From a virus (Duplodnaviria; Heunggongvirae; Uroviricota; Caudoviricetes): 64,000 nt of DNA. The position numbers and the translations under genes are program-made. This document shows positions 38,767 to 50,566 of this stretch, piece after piece (the first letter of the stretch is position 1; the number at the start of each line of letters is the position of its first letter). Where the stretch lies: the IMG/VR virus record IMGVR_UViG_2909314774_000001, one strand, 5' to 3'. The notes beneath the pieces were generated by a model. The model did no database searches. It was not told the DNA's origin and worked only from the letters and a program-made list of their open reading frames with translations.

Positions 38767-41700
38767 TTGAACATGGAACAGTTCAAGAAGAAAAAGTTAC
38801 CGCTGTTTATTGCAGGTGCGGGTGGTAAAAAAAGCAGCAAAAGCTCTAGCCGTACACCGGTTGAAGCCGACGATACCGTAAATTCTCGTGCAATGGCCGC
38901 TATCCTCGATCTTCTTGGGGAAGGTGTAATTGGCGGCTTGGTAAATGGCGCAAGATCTATTTTTGTCGACGATCTGCCGATTGTAAATGAAGACGGTTCC
39001 TCCAACTTCAGCGGAATCACATGGGATTTTCGCGACGGTTCGCAAGACCAGACTCCAATGTCTGGCTTTGATTTCGTTGAAACGCCTAAATCCGTCAATA
39101 TCCAGTTAAAAAAAACACATTATGTAACGGTTTCAATCGATAACGATGAAGCTGATCGGGTTCGTGTCATCATGAAGTTTCCTTCTTTGCGAAGCATAGA
39201 TAAAAAAACTGGTGACACGAACGGTACAACCGTTGAGTACAAGTTCCAGATAGCAAATGGCGACTCAACATTTGTAGATGTGGTCGCAGAAGGTGAAAAA
39301 AGCGTTGGCATTAAGCTAACAGCAAAGAAGACAGGTGTTTATTACCGTAGCTATGAGCTGAAGCTGCCTAAGCCTGGACGCGCGTACAAGGTTCGTGTAG
39401 TCCGTATTACCGATGATAACAGCAGCCAGTATCTCTATAACGATACATGGGTGGACTCAATAGGTGAGATTGTAGATACACCGATGAACTACCCAAACTC
39501 TGTGCTGGTGGGTCTGAAGGTTAATTCTGAGCAGTTTGGTAGCACCATGCCATCTCGTTCGTATTTGGTACGTGGATTAAAAATTCGCGTGCCGTCAAAC
39601 TACAACGAGGCCAGCAACACTTATGATGGTGTATGGGATGGCACTTTTAAGCTGTTGTCTTCTTCAAACCCCGCGTGGATTCTCTTTGATTTGCTTACCA
39701 ATGCTCGATATGGCCTTGGTCAGTATGTGTCGGAATCTATGATTGACCTCGGCCAGCTATACCAGATCGGTCGATATTGTGACGAAGAGGTTGATGATGG
39801 CTTTGGTGGTAAAGAGAAACGCTTTGCAATCAATACGCAGATCACCAGTCGACAGGACGCATACCGATTAATTCAGGATATTGCCGGTGCATTCCGCGGT
39901 ATGGTGTTTTGGGCTGGTGGCATGGTTAACATCATGCAGGATAGCCCATCAGATCCGGTAATGATGTTTACCAACTCTAACGTCAAAGATGGATTGTTTA
40001 CCTATAAAGGTTCTGCGCGTAAAGATCGCCCATCCGTTGCGCTCGTAACCTACAACAACAAGGAGGACGGTTATAAGCAAAACATCGAGTACGTTGAAGA
40101 TCAGGACGCAATGCGCCGTTATGGTGAGCGTAAGACAGAAGTCGTAGCATTTGGCTGTACAAGCCGAGGGCAGGCTCACCGAGTTGGTTTGTGGCTTTTA
40201 TATACCGCCAGAATGGAGTCGGATGTAATTACATTTACTGCCGGCTTAGACGCGTCATTTCTGATGCCTGGTGAAACCGTTCTGATTCAGAACAAATATC
40301 GCGCAGGCAAACGTAACTCAGGTCGAATTGTGGCGTTTACCAAAAACAGCGTCACACTCGATGCGCCGGTGTCGTTAGCCAAAGGCGGCTGCTTTATTCG
40401 AATACTGAATCAGGAAGGCAAAATCGTTGAACGCGATGTTCTTGAAACTGGCGAAAATATAACAAAAGTTACGTTTTCAAAATCCCTGTCTTCGGCTGAA
40501 ACGCCTGTTTTGAACGGCGTCTGGACTATTACAGAACCAGACCTCGAACCTATGCGCGTTCGCATCGTTAACATCGCGCAGGGGGAAACGCCGGGTAGCT
40601 TTGACATCACCGCTGTTGAGAACAATCCGTCTAAATATGAGGCAATCGACAATGGTGCAACGCTGATCCCGCAGAATACGACGGTATTGGACCCAACTTA
40701 CTCCAAGCCATCTAATCTGCAAATCACTGAAGGGACTTATCTCTCAAGCCCGGGCAACCTGTCAGTAAAACTGACTGCAACATGGGAAGGGAAATCTCCA
40801 GAGTATTGGATCAGTTGGCGACGTTCTGATGAAAACAATGTATCGAACTGGCAATCGGCGCGTGTAACCGAAGAGCAATACGAAATCGTTAATGTCGCGG
40901 AGAATGGACGCTACGACTTCCAACTGTATGCGGTTTCATTCAACGGTAAAAAAACAGAAATTATCAGTACCGTTTATCAGGTGCTGGGCACAATGACACC
41001 GCCGGATGCACCAACGTCATTAACGGCCGTTGGAGACTATCGTAATGTGATACTGAATTGGGTTAATCCAGATTCGGTGGACCTTGATCACATTAATGTT
41101 TACGCATCCCAGACCAACAATCTGGATACGGCGAAACTGATCGCAGAGTCTGCAAGCACCACCTTTACACATGCTGGTCTTGGGGATAGCGAAACGTGGT
41201 ATTACTGGGTTCGAGCATCGAACAAGCGAGGTATGTTAAGTCCTCCGAACTCAAACTTGGGTACAGAGGCGACAACTCGCGATGTACTGTCGTTCCTGAC
41301 TGGCAAAATTACATCTTCCGAGCTTGGTCAGGCTCTGCTTGAGGACATCAACAGCAAAGCCTCTCAAGAAGCAGTTGACGAGTTAAATGAGCATATCAAC
41401 CAGAGCGTCGAATCTTTGGAGGGGGCGGTAAACGACGTTAAGGAAGATATAGCTGAATTAGATAAGCAGTTCAGCGATAACCTCGCGGATTTTGAAATAA
41501 AATTCAACGAGCGTAGCGATGCTTTGGAGAACGCACAAACCGAGCTTAAAGGTGAGGTTTCGGCAACGATTGACAAGGTCAATGAAGCGTTTGAAAAAAT
41601 TGATGCTACTGATGCTGCAATTGTTGAAATCGAAAACACCGTATCTGAACACGATAAAGCTCTCGCTAATACAGTCGAGGCAATAAAGGCTGCAAGAGAT

Positions 41701-42048
41701 GAAGCGGCGGCTCTTATTGCTAAGGAAAGCGAGGCTCGTGTTGAAGGCGATGCTGCAAACGCTAAACAACTGGAAGTGTTGCAGTCAACGGTAGAGGAAA
41801 GCTCCGCTGCCGTTGAAGAAATGAAAAAGACGGTTGCAGAGGTCGATCGTGCCAGTGCAGAACTGACTACGAACATTGAGGCGTTAGCCAAAACAAATAT
41901 TGACCTGGCTCTTCGTCAAGATGAAGACCAGCACAAGCAGATGGTCAATAACGCGAAGATCGCAACAACACAGAAAACCTTTGCTGATGATATGTCTGCA
42001 ATGGCCACGAAGGTTGAGGAAATTCGGGTAATGACTCCAACTTACTGA
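38767..42048 (+). pseudogene. central tail fibre / host specificity protein (gpJ-like), N-terminal part truncated by IS1
   Basis: reading frame runs into the IS1 left end at 42027 and stops 7 codons inside the IS; coiled-coil region begins before the junction. Confidence 0.8.
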
Positions 42049-42545
42049 TAGTGTTTTATGTTCAGATAATGCCCGATGACTTTGTCATGCAGCTCCACCG
42101 ATTTTGAGAACGACAGTGACTTCCGTCCCAGCCTTGCCAGATGTTGTCTCAGATTCAGGTTATGTCGCTCAATGCGCTGAGTGTAACGCTTGCTGATTAC
42201 GTGCAGCTTTCCCTTCAGGCGGGATTCATACAGCGGCCAGCCATCCGTCATCCATACCACGACCTCAAAGGCCGACAGCAGGCTCAGAAGACGCTCCAGT
42301 GTGGCCAGAGTGCGTTCACCGAAGACGTGCGCCACAACCGTCCTCCGTATCCTGTCATACGCGTAAAACAGCCAGCGCTGACGTGATTTAGCACCGACGT
42401 AGCCCCACTGTTCGTCCATTTCAGCGCAGACAATCACATCACTGCCCGGCTGTATGCGCGAGGTTACCGACTGCGGCCTGAGTTTTTTAAGTGACGTAAA
42501 ATCGTGTTGAGGCCAACGCCCATAATGCGGGCGGTTGCCCGGCAT
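42042..42545 (-). CDS. insB: IS1 InsB (expressed as InsAB' by -1 frameshift)
   Basis: translation matches the IS1 InsB frame; overlaps insA in the -1 frame. Confidence 0.9.
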   Translation of the reverse strand: MPGNRPHYGRWPQHDFTSLKKLRPQSVTSRIQPGSDVIVCAEMDEQWGYVGAKSRQRWLFYAYDRIRRTVVAHVFGERTLATLERLLSLLSAFEVVVWMTDGWPLYESRLKGKLHVISKRYTQRIERHNLNLRQHLARLGRKSLSFSKSVELHDKVIGHYLNIKHYQ

Positions 42546-42739
42546 CCAACACCATTCATGGCCATATCAATGATTTTCTGGTGTGTACCGGGTTGAGAAG
42601 CGGTGTAAGTGAACTGCAGTTGCCATGTTTTACGGCAGTGAGAGCAGAGATAGCGCTGATGTCCGGCAGTACTTTTACCGTTACGCACCACGCCTTCAGT
42701 AGCTGAGCAGGAGGGACAACTGATGGAGATGGAAGCCAC
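42464..42739 (-). CDS. insA: IS1 InsA
   Basis: [40 protein letters not shown] matches IS1 InsA. Confidence 0.95.
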   Translation of the reverse strand: MASISISCPSCSATEGVVRNGKSTAGHQRYLCSHCRKTWQLQFTYTASQPGTHQKIIDMAMNGVGCRATARIMGVGLNTILRHLKNSGRSR

Positions 42740-42794
42740 GGGAGCACCTCAAAAACACCATCATACACTAAATCAGTAAGTTGGCACCATTACC

Positions 42795-44276
42795 GAAATT
42801 CGCGTAGAAATTGGCGAAGACATTAAGGCCAGTATTCTGGAAGAGTCCACCGCTCGTGCCGATGGCGATGAAGCGTTGGCAAAGCGTGTCACTCAGCTGC
42901 AATCTAAGTTTGAAGGAGATATCAGCGCGGCGATTAGTACAGAGCAGGAGGCTCGTACATCTGCCGATGAAGCTCTGACGACACAGATCACTCAGCTTGA
43001 GTCGAAAGTAAGCAACGATATCGTCGCAGCTATTAAGGAAGAGCAAGAAGCCCGAGCAACGGAAGATTCGGCTCTGGCAAGCCAGATCACCCAACTTCAG
43101 GCAAAGGTTGATGATGATATTTCTGCTGCAATACGTAGTGAGCAGGAGGCTCGAGCAAGCGGGGACTCTGCGTTAGCCAAACAAATAAACCAGCTTCAGT
43201 CAAAGGTTGACGGTGATATATCCGCTGCCATCACTCAGGAGCAGGAGGCCAGGGCAAGTGCTGACCAGGCGCTCTCACGAGAAATTAACAGCCTGCGAGC
43301 ACAAACCGGAACTGATATTGCCGCAGCGGTTGCTGTAGAGACAAAAGCAAGGACTGATGCCGATAGTGCATTGTCTACCCAGATTACGTCTCTTACAGCA
43401 AAAGCTAATGATCTCGAGGCGTCTCTTGCCAGAGAAACAACGGCTCGTGCAGATGGTGATACCGCTTTAACAAAAGAGGTTTCAAGTTTAAAAGCACAGA
43501 CAGCGAAAGATATTAGTGCGGCCGTTGCAGTTGAAACGCAGGCTCGAACTGATGCTGACTCGGCGTTGTCGTCTCAGATCACCAAGCTGACCTCTCAATA
43601 CAAAGAGGATATTAAAGCGGCTGTAGCAACCGAAACGAAAACGCGTACAGAGCAAGATGCTGCATTGGCGACTCAAATCACAAACTTAGAGTCTCAAACG
43701 GCAGCCAACATTTCCGCGGCGGTAACAACTGAAACGACAGCGAGAACGCAGGCAGATAATGCTTTGAGTGGGCGAATCGATACTCTGAAAGCAGAGGTGG
43801 ATGGAAATACCGCGACAATTCAACAGCAGGCAACAGCTATTGCTGATACCAACAAAAAAGTGTCAACCGCGTGGACGTTGAAAATGGAAACTTCAACGAG
43901 CGGAGGGCAGAAGTATGTTGCTGGTATTGCGCTTGGTATCGACACCACTGGCCTTTCTCAGTTTTTGGTGCAGGCTGACAGGTTTGGTTTGGTCAACTCT
44001 GTTAACGGGAAGATCACAACGCCATTTGTTATCGAAAACAGTATCGCCTATATGAATGGAGCGTATATCAAGGATGGCACAATCACCAATGCAAAAGTAG
44101 GCGATCTGCAATCTACCAATTTTGTTAGCGGTAGATCTGGATGGCGGTTCGGCAAAAATGGAACGCTTGAGATCAACGGTAATAGCGGCGGCAATGGGCG
44201 ATTGGTTATAAATGGTCAGCGGATTGACGTTTATGACGATAACAACGTCTTACGAGTAAGAATTGGCCGTCTGTGA
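42795..44276 (+). pseudogene. gpJ-like host specificity protein, C-terminal part downstream of IS1
   Basis: frame is continuous with 38767 once IS1 and one TSD copy are removed (..KVEEIR|VEIGEDIKAS..); about eleven tandem 30-36 aa repeats of the SAAI..EQEARA..D.AL..QI..L type. Confidence 0.8.
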
Positions 44277-44369
44277 TGGTGGAAAAAAAATTTTATATCG
44301 GTAAAAATAGGTAAGTATTTACTTAATGGCGGGCAAGGATAGCCCGCCAAATCAAGGAGCATATTCAAC

Positions 44370-47300
44370 ATGTGGTACAGGGAAGGTACTATCACATTTA
44401 CACAGGGTAGCAATACTCTGGTTGGGGCAGGGACAGCCTGGAACGTAACAGCTAATGGTGTGTTGCCGGGGATGATCGTCATTGGCCCCGACAATAAGCT
44501 GTATGAGATCAAGCGCGTAACCAGTGATACGAACATTGTTCTCTCAGAACCTTATACCGGCGAAACTCAGTCTGAAGTTCCGTGCCGAATCATTACGACC
44601 TATGAAGGCGACTTAACACAGTTTAGCGCGCGCTTTACAGCACTAATGTCGCGTATGTCGGCTGATTCCAAGTCCATGCGCAGTTGGTTGACTGCTCTGG
44701 ATGAGGTGACAATCGAGCGTGAAGACGGTACAGAAGTGACCGTTAAGCCGCTAATGCAGATCGTCAACGAGCACAACGAAAACGTTGAGTGGTATAAAAA
44801 TAACACTGACGCGATTGATGCTGCTGGCGACAAAGCTCGTGAGGCGGCGGCCAGTGCTGCCGCAGCAGCAGAAAGCGCCAATATCGCTGGAGAAAAAGCC
44901 TCTCAAGCGTCTCAAAGTGCATCCGCTGCGGCATCCTCACAAAGTGCCGCAAGTGCGAGTGCAACTGCTGCGAAAAAATCTGAAACGAATGCTGCAGCGT
45001 CACAAAAATCTGCAGCCACTTCTGCATCCACCGCGACCACGAAAGCGTCAGAAGCTGCCACCTCAGCCAGAGATGCGTCGGCTTCAAAAGAGGCGGCAAA
45101 ATCATCAGAAACGAGCGCAGCCTCCTCGGCAACAGCGGCAGGCAATTCCGCGAAGGCGGCAAAAACGTCCGAGACGAACGCCAGGTCTTCTGAAACGGCA
45201 GCGGGACAGAGTGCCTCAGCTGCGGCAGGCTCAAAAACAGCGGCTGCGTCGTCTGCCAGTGCCGCGTCAACAAGTGCCGGGCAGGCCTCATCCAGTGCCA
45301 CCGCCGCCGGAAAATCGGCAGAAAGTGCCGCATCGTCTGCTTCAACAGCCACAACGAAGGCTGGCGAAGCCACTGAACAGGCCAGCGCAGCAGCGAGGTC
45401 TGCTTCCGCAGCGAAGACATCCGAAACGAACGCGAAAGCGTCGGAAACCCGTGCAGAATCCTCAAAAACGGCAGCCGCATCGTCCGCCAGTTCGGCAGCG
45501 TCATCGGCATCATCTGCGTCTGCTTCAAAAGATGAGGCGACCAGACAGGCGTCAGCAGCGAAGGGCAGCGCCACGACGGCATCCACGAAAGCAACAGAGG
45601 CGGCAGGCAGTGCGACGGCAGCATCTCAGAGCAAAACTGCTGCTGAATCCGCTGCGACCCGTGCGGAAGCTGCTGCTGATCGTGCTGAAGAGATTGCCGG
45701 TGCAGTTGCGATGGAAGACGCAAGCCTTACAACTAAAGGTGTTGTGAAACTTAGCAGTGCTGTCGATAGCACCAGCGAATCACTGGCTGCAACTCCAAAG
45801 GCAGTTAAAGCTGCGAATGACAATGCGAATAGCCGATTGGCGAAGAATCAGAATGGCGCTGATATCCCAGACAAGGGCCGCTTCCTGAGTAACATTAATG
45901 TTTACAGCAAAGGTGAAGTGGATAAGAAAAAGGGGATGCGAAAATACACTTTCTCTGCTCCTGCAAATGCAGTAAGCGGTAAGTGGTATCCTGTAGTCTT
46001 TCGCCGAACTGGTGGTGGCACAGATGAATTAGCCTCACGAGTGGTTATCACCACTTATTCCTCAGCTGGCGGATACGCCATGAATAATTGTGAATTTAAT
46101 GGGTTTGTTATGCCTGGCGGTTGGTCTGATCGCGGTTCATATGCGGCTGGTTTTTTCTCAATATATTCTACTGCTGAGCGAGCTATACACTCGATTATCG
46201 CAAGCGTGAAAGATGATGATTTGTGTAGTGTATTTTACGTTGAGACAAGAGCATTCCCTATCCAGATTTTTGCTGAGGAAGGATTAAATGTGATTGTTCC
46301 AACGGCTGATTATGCAGTTGGTCAAACCACTTATAAGTGGGGGGCAACTGATCCTTTATCAGAAAGTACGAATGCACAGATAATTTTGGACTTTAAAAAT
46401 GGACGAGGTTATTACTGTTCACATCCATTTATTTCAAGTCTTTCAGGAAATGCTGCTACAGCCACGAAATTGCAGACGGCAAGATCTATCGGTGGAGTTG
46501 TTTTCGACGGTTCTGCAAATATTAACCTTCCAGGTGTAAACACTACGGGTAATCAGAACACCACTGGTAATGCTGCAACTGCTACAAAACTTCAGACTGC
46601 AAGAAAAATATCCGGTGTTCCATTTGATGGTTCTACTGATATCACTTTAACCGCCGCGCATGTTGCCGCTTTCGCAAGAAGAGCAACAGGGTCATATGCT
46701 GATGCTGATGGCGGCGTGCCGTGGAATGCTGAATCTGGTGCTTATAATGTAACTAGAACGGGCGACAGTTATATTCTTGCCAACTTTTATACTGGTGTAG
46801 GTAGTTGCCGTACGCTTCAAATTAAGGCTAACTATAAAAATGGTGGGTTGTTTTATCGTTCATCTCGCGATGGCTATGGTTTTGAAAGTGGTTGGGAGCA
46901 GGTTTACACGACTGGATTTAGACCTCAGCCGGCTGATATAAACGCACCAACCGCTGCCGACGGATGGTTAAATAGTGGTAACGGAACAGCATTTACGACT
47001 GCTCAGTTTATAACGTGGCTAAATAATCAGGGTGCATTTTCAAACAAATATTGGATTGCACGGTGCTCATGGTATTACGCCAACAATAATTATATAGACG
47101 ACACTGGTTGCGGTAGGATCGATCTATCTGGTTCCGTGATTGAGGTGTTTAGTAATAAGACAACAAGCAATTACACTATTCGTGTTACAACGACAACAAC
47201 ATCGGGTCATGGTGGCGTTAATAATGCGGAATTTATTTATGTGTACAATGGCAGTGATTACTCGCCAGGCTGGCGTCGTTCTTATAATACTAGAAACAAA

Positions 47301-49655
47301 CCAACAGCTTCTGATGTAGGAGCATTATCGCTTTCTGGAGGAGCGTTAACTGGCGGATTAACTGCTGCTGGCGAGATTATTTCAAAATCGGCGAATGGTC
47401 TGCGCATTGCCTACGGAAACTACGGATTCTTTATCCGAAACGATGGTTCAAGCACATACTTCATGTTGACCGATTCGGGTAACAGCCTGGGAACCTATAA
47501 TAGTTTAAGGCCGCTTATCATTAACAATGCCAATGGTGCTGTTAGGATCGGTAATGGACTCAATGTTACTGGCGGCATCAATGGTAGTTTGAACGGTAAT
47601 GCTTCAACAGCTACGAAGTTGCAAACAGCGAGAAACATCAATGGTGTTAAGTTTGATGGTTCAGGCGATATCAATATTAATACATTGGTATCTCGTGGCC
47701 GAGTTACGGCGTTAAGCGGCTCTACTCAAGGCACTGCTGGCATTCAAATGTATGAGGCGTACAACAATAGCTACCCGACCACGTATGGCAACGTATTGCA
47801 CATGAAAGGTGCGAGTGCTGCTGGTGAGGGCGAGTTGCTTATTGGCTGGAGCGGAACGGATGGTGCTCATGCACCGGTTTATGTTCGTTCACGCCGTGAT
47901 ACTTCGACAGCGAATTGGTCTGGTTGGGCGCAGGTCTATACCACTGCTCATAAACCCACAGCGAAAGATGTTGGGGCTGCACAGACGTTTAGCGCGTCAT
48001 ACAGTACTGGGGCTGGCAACTGGACTACCGCTGAATTTATCGCATGGCTGAAGGAGCGTGGTGCTTTCGCCGTACCGTATTGGATGATGAAAGGCTCTTG
48101 GTCATATGCCGACAATAAAATTATCACTGATACAGGTGTCGGCAATATTTGTCTTGCTGGTGCGGTTATCGAGGTTTTAGGTCACGAAGGCGCAATGACC
48201 ATCCGAGTTACTACGCCTACAACGACAACCGGAGGTGGTATTGCCAGTGCTCAGTTCACCTATATTAATCACGGTAGCGCGTATGCCCCTGCCTGGCGCA
48301 GAGATTACAACACGACTCTCAAACCAACTGCGGCTGATGTTGGTGCGTTGCCGAGCGGTGGCGGCACACTTTCCGGCGCACTCACATTATCTATGGTTGC
48401 GCCGAGTGTTCAATTACGAGGGCAAGGTACTGATACCAGGCAGTACATCATGGCTTACAGAACCGATGGTGCTACATCATGGTATGTAGGTAAGGCTAAC
48501 AACGGCTCTGATAGCGCGATGCTCTGGAACTATACGGGGGCAAACGGAGTCGAGTTGGCTGCCGATGGCAATGTGCGCATTAATGCGAAGGGTAAGCAGT
48601 TTACGTTCGCAAACAACGGCAATTTGGGGCTTGTCGCTTCGTTGGATCAAAGTTCTGTTCCACAGGGCATTTACCATCAAGTTGCTATGAACTCTGGAAC
48701 CAGAGGTGCTAAATCCTATCTTCGTAAGTTCAGGGGTGGGAACGCAGATACCGTCTGGCATGAAACCGTTCAAGACGGAAATTACCGACTTGCTACTGGT
48801 GACACTGATTCTCAGGGTGAAATGTACCTTTCGACTTCGGGTTGGGTTCGTTTCCGTGGTGAAGTTGTTTCAGAATCGGCCAATGGTTTGCGAGCCGCAT
48901 TCGGTAACTTCGGTTTCTTTATCCGAAATGATGGAACGAACACTTATTTCCTTTTGACAGCTTCAGGTGACAAGTACGGTTCTTGGAATGGTTTGCGGCC
49001 TCTGACTATCAACAATGTCAGTGGCGCAGTGTCAATGAGCAACGGACTAACTGTTGCTGGTGGACTTAATGTAACGAGCGGAAACCTGAAAATCTCGACG
49101 TCCAGCACATCGTGGATCGACATGAGAGCAGGCGTAGCCCTTTCGAACTCTTCAGCTGTTTCGACGTCATCCGCTTCGGCGATAGTCCGTCAAGAACACG
49201 CCGATCGCCATTTCATTCTTGGCGGTTTGGGTAACTCGCAGTTCGGGATTTACATGATTAACAAATCTCGAACTGCGAACGGCACTGACGCTGCCGCTTA
49301 TCTCCAGAACGACGGCACTTGGGTTTGCGCAGGCAACGGTAGTTTTAATGACGTTTACATCCGTTCCGACCGCCGTAGTAAGCGCAATATTCGCAAAATT
49401 GAGCGGGCGCTCGACAAGCTGGAGCAGATCGAAGGTGTTCTCTACGAGATTCAGGTCTGTGGCCGTTATGAGCAGTCTGGTGGCCTCATCGCTCAGGATG
49501 TCCAGAATGTTCAGCCTGAACTGGTAACGGTCGACCATAACGATCAGTCAGGAGAGCCTCGTCTGCGTCTTAACTACAACGGCGTTATCGGCATGTTGGT
49601 TGAGGCTGTCAAAGAGCTGCGCGAGGAAGTGCGCGAACTGAAGGCAAAAATGTAA
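44370..49655 (+). CDS. long tail fibre protein with C-terminal intramolecular chaperone-like domain
   Basis: 1761 aa; Ala/Ser-rich N-terminal repeat region; three ATATKLQTAR motifs; internal duplicated domains; C-terminal SDRRSK...coiled-coil resembling self-cleaving chaperone domains. Confidence 0.8.
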   Translation: MWYREGTITFTQGSNTLVGAGTAWNVTANGVLPGMIVIGPDNKLYEIKRVTSDTNIVLSEPYTGETQSEVPCRIITTYEGDLTQFSARFTALMSRMSADSKSMRSWLTALDEVTIEREDGTEVTVKPLMQIVNEHNENVEWYKNNTDAIDAAGDKAREAAASAAAAAESANIAGEKASQASQSASAAASSQSAASASATAAKKSETNAAASQKSAATSASTATTKASEAATSARDASASKEAAKSSETSAASSATAAGNSAKAAKTSETNARSSETAAGQSASAAAGSKTAAASSASAASTSAGQASSSATAAGKSAESAASSASTATTKAGEATEQASAAARSASAAKTSETNAKASETRAESSKTAAASSASSAASSASSASASKDEATRQASAAKGSATTASTKATEAAGSATAASQSKTAAESAATRAEAAADRAEEIAGAVAMEDASLTTKGVVKLSSAVDSTSESLAATPKAVKAANDNANSRLAKNQNGADIPDKGRFLSNINVYSKGEVDKKKGMRKYTFSAPANAVSGKWYPVVFRRTGGGTDELASRVVITTYSSAGGYAMNNCEFNGFVMPGGWSDRGSYAAGFFSIYSTAERAIHSIIASVKDDDLCSVFYVETRAFPIQIFAEEGLNVIVPTADYAVGQTTYKWGATDPLSESTNAQIILDFKNGRGYYCSHPFISSLSGNAATATKLQTARSIGGVVFDGSANINLPGVNTTGNQNTTGNAATATKLQTARKISGVPFDGSTDITLTAAHVAAFARRATGSYADADGGVPWNAESGAYNVTRTGDSYILANFYTGVGSCRTLQIKANYKNGGLFYRSSRDGYGFESGWEQVYTTGFRPQPADINAPTAADGWLNSGNGTAFTTAQFITWLNNQGAFSNKYWIARCSWYYANNNYIDDTGCGRIDLSGSVIEVFSNKTTSNYTIRVTTTTTSGHGGVNNAEFIYVYNGSDYSPGWRRSYNTRNKPTASDVGALSLSGGALTGGLTAAGEIISKSANGLRIAYGNYGFFIRNDGSSTYFMLTDSGNSLGTYNSLRPLIINNANGAVRIGNGLNVTGGINGSLNGNASTATKLQTARNINGVKFDGSGDININTLVSRGRVTALSGSTQGTAGIQMYEAYNNSYPTTYGNVLHMKGASAAGEGELLIGWSGTDGAHAPVYVRSRRDTSTANWSGWAQVYTTAHKPTAKDVGAAQTFSASYSTGAGNWTTAEFIAWLKERGAFAVPYWMMKGSWSYADNKIITDTGVGNICLAGAVIEVLGHEGAMTIRVTTPTTTTGGGIASAQFTYINHGSAYAPAWRRDYNTTLKPTAADVGALPSGGGTLSGALTLSMVAPSVQLRGQGTDTRQYIMAYRTDGATSWYVGKANNGSDSAMLWNYTGANGVELAADGNVRINAKGKQFTFANNGNLGLVASLDQSSVPQGIYHQVAMNSGTRGAKSYLRKFRGGNADTVWHETVQDGNYRLATGDTDSQGEMYLSTSGWVRFRGEVVSESANGLRAAFGNFGFFIRNDGTNTYFLLTASGDKYGSWNGLRPLTINNVSGAVSMSNGLTVAGGLNVTSGNLKISTSSTSWIDMRAGVALSNSSAVSTSSASAIVRQEHADRHFILGGLGNSQFGIYMINKSRTANGTDAAAYLQNDGTWVCAGNGSFNDVYIRSDRRSKRNIRKIERALDKLEQIEGVLYEIQVCGRYEQSGGLIAQDVQNVQPELVTVDHNDQSGEPRLRLNYNGVIGMLVEAVKELREEVRELKAKM

Positions 49656-49721
49656 TCAAGGTGAATGGTGAGGGGCCACCCTCACCAATTCAGGATATTC
49701 ACATCAAAAAGGAGATTAGAT

Positions 49722-50504
49722 GTGCCAATTGTCGGTGTTCCCGGTTGGATTGGGTCTTCGGCTGTCAGTGTGACAGGCCAGAGATGGATGAGTGCGGCTC
49801 GAACGGCGGTGCAACTGCCAGCGGCTGGTTCAATGTCTCAAATGGCCGGGCGATCTAAAGAAGTTCAGTACAGCATCGGTGCGAATCATAACTACAACAA
49901 AGACACACTGATCAACTATTTAAAATCCCAGGGGGCGACGCCAGTCGTTGTTACCATTACAGGGGATCTGGTGTCGTCCAGTAGCGGCGTGCCATGTTTA
50001 GATTTCCCGAGTTCACTTACCAACTCTTATATCAGCCTTGTAATCAACGCAGGTGTGACTGTCTATGGACGCGGTGGCAATGGTGGTAGTAACGCTGCCG
50101 GTGCTGCTGGTGGTAACGCAATTAATAATGGCATCGGTACACGCTTGCGTATTACGAATAATGGTGCAATCGCTGGAGGTGGCGGCGGCGGTGGCGGCGG
50201 TAACAGGGGTAAACTAATATTTGGTGGTGGCGGTGGTCGCCCATTCGGTGCTGGTGGGTCTTCCTCTCATATGAGTTCCGGTGCAACTGCTGGTACTATT
50301 TCCGCTCCTGGTAAAGGATCTGTTGGTGAGGGGTCTCTTAGTGCATATACAGGCGGTTCGGGTGGTAATGTCGGTGCTGCTGGAGGAAGATGTAATACTC
50401 AAGGTAACGGTACAGAATATAACGGCGGAGCAGCTGGTAAAGCCGTAACTGGCAACGCGCCTACATGGACTAAAGCTGGGGCAATTTACGGCGCTCATGT
50501 GTAA
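49722..50504 (+). CDS. glycine-rich tail-fibre-associated protein (possible adhesin or assembly factor)
   Basis: poly-Gly tracts (GGGGGGGGGN, GGGGGRPFGAGG); GTG start at 49722 after RBS AAAAAGGAG. Confidence 0.5.
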   Translation: MPIVGVPGWIGSSAVSVTGQRWMSAARTAVQLPAAGSMSQMAGRSKEVQYSIGANHNYNKDTLINYLKSQGATPVVVTITGDLVSSSSGVPCLDFPSSLTNSYISLVINAGVTVYGRGGNGGSNAAGAAGGNAINNGIGTRLRITNNGAIAGGGGGGGGGNRGKLIFGGGGGRPFGAGGSSSHMSSGATAGTISAPGKGSVGEGSLSAYTGGSGGNVGAAGGRCNTQGNGTEYNGGAAGKAVTGNAPTWTKAGAIYGAHV

Positions 50505-50566
50505 GTACTTACCTACCAAGTGTGGGCGTTTTATGATATAAAACCGCCATCCCGATTTGACGATTC

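Larger units (their letters stand above)
42027..42794 (-). mobile_element. IS1 insertion sequence (768 bp) with 8-bp target site duplication GAAATTCG
   Basis: terminal inverted repeats GGTAATGACTCCAACTTA... and ...TAAGTTGGCACCATTACC; insA and insB ORFs; GAAATTCG at 42019-42026 and 42795-42802. Confidence 0.95.

Noticed and set aside
44764-45747. Three long overlapping ORFs (44785-45747 plus, 44764-45723 minus, 44912-45586 minus) with Arg/Pro/Gln- or Ala/Asp-rich translations
   Set aside because: Alternative frames of the GC-rich Ala/Ser codon repeats inside the tail fibre gene; low-complexity products with no RBS.
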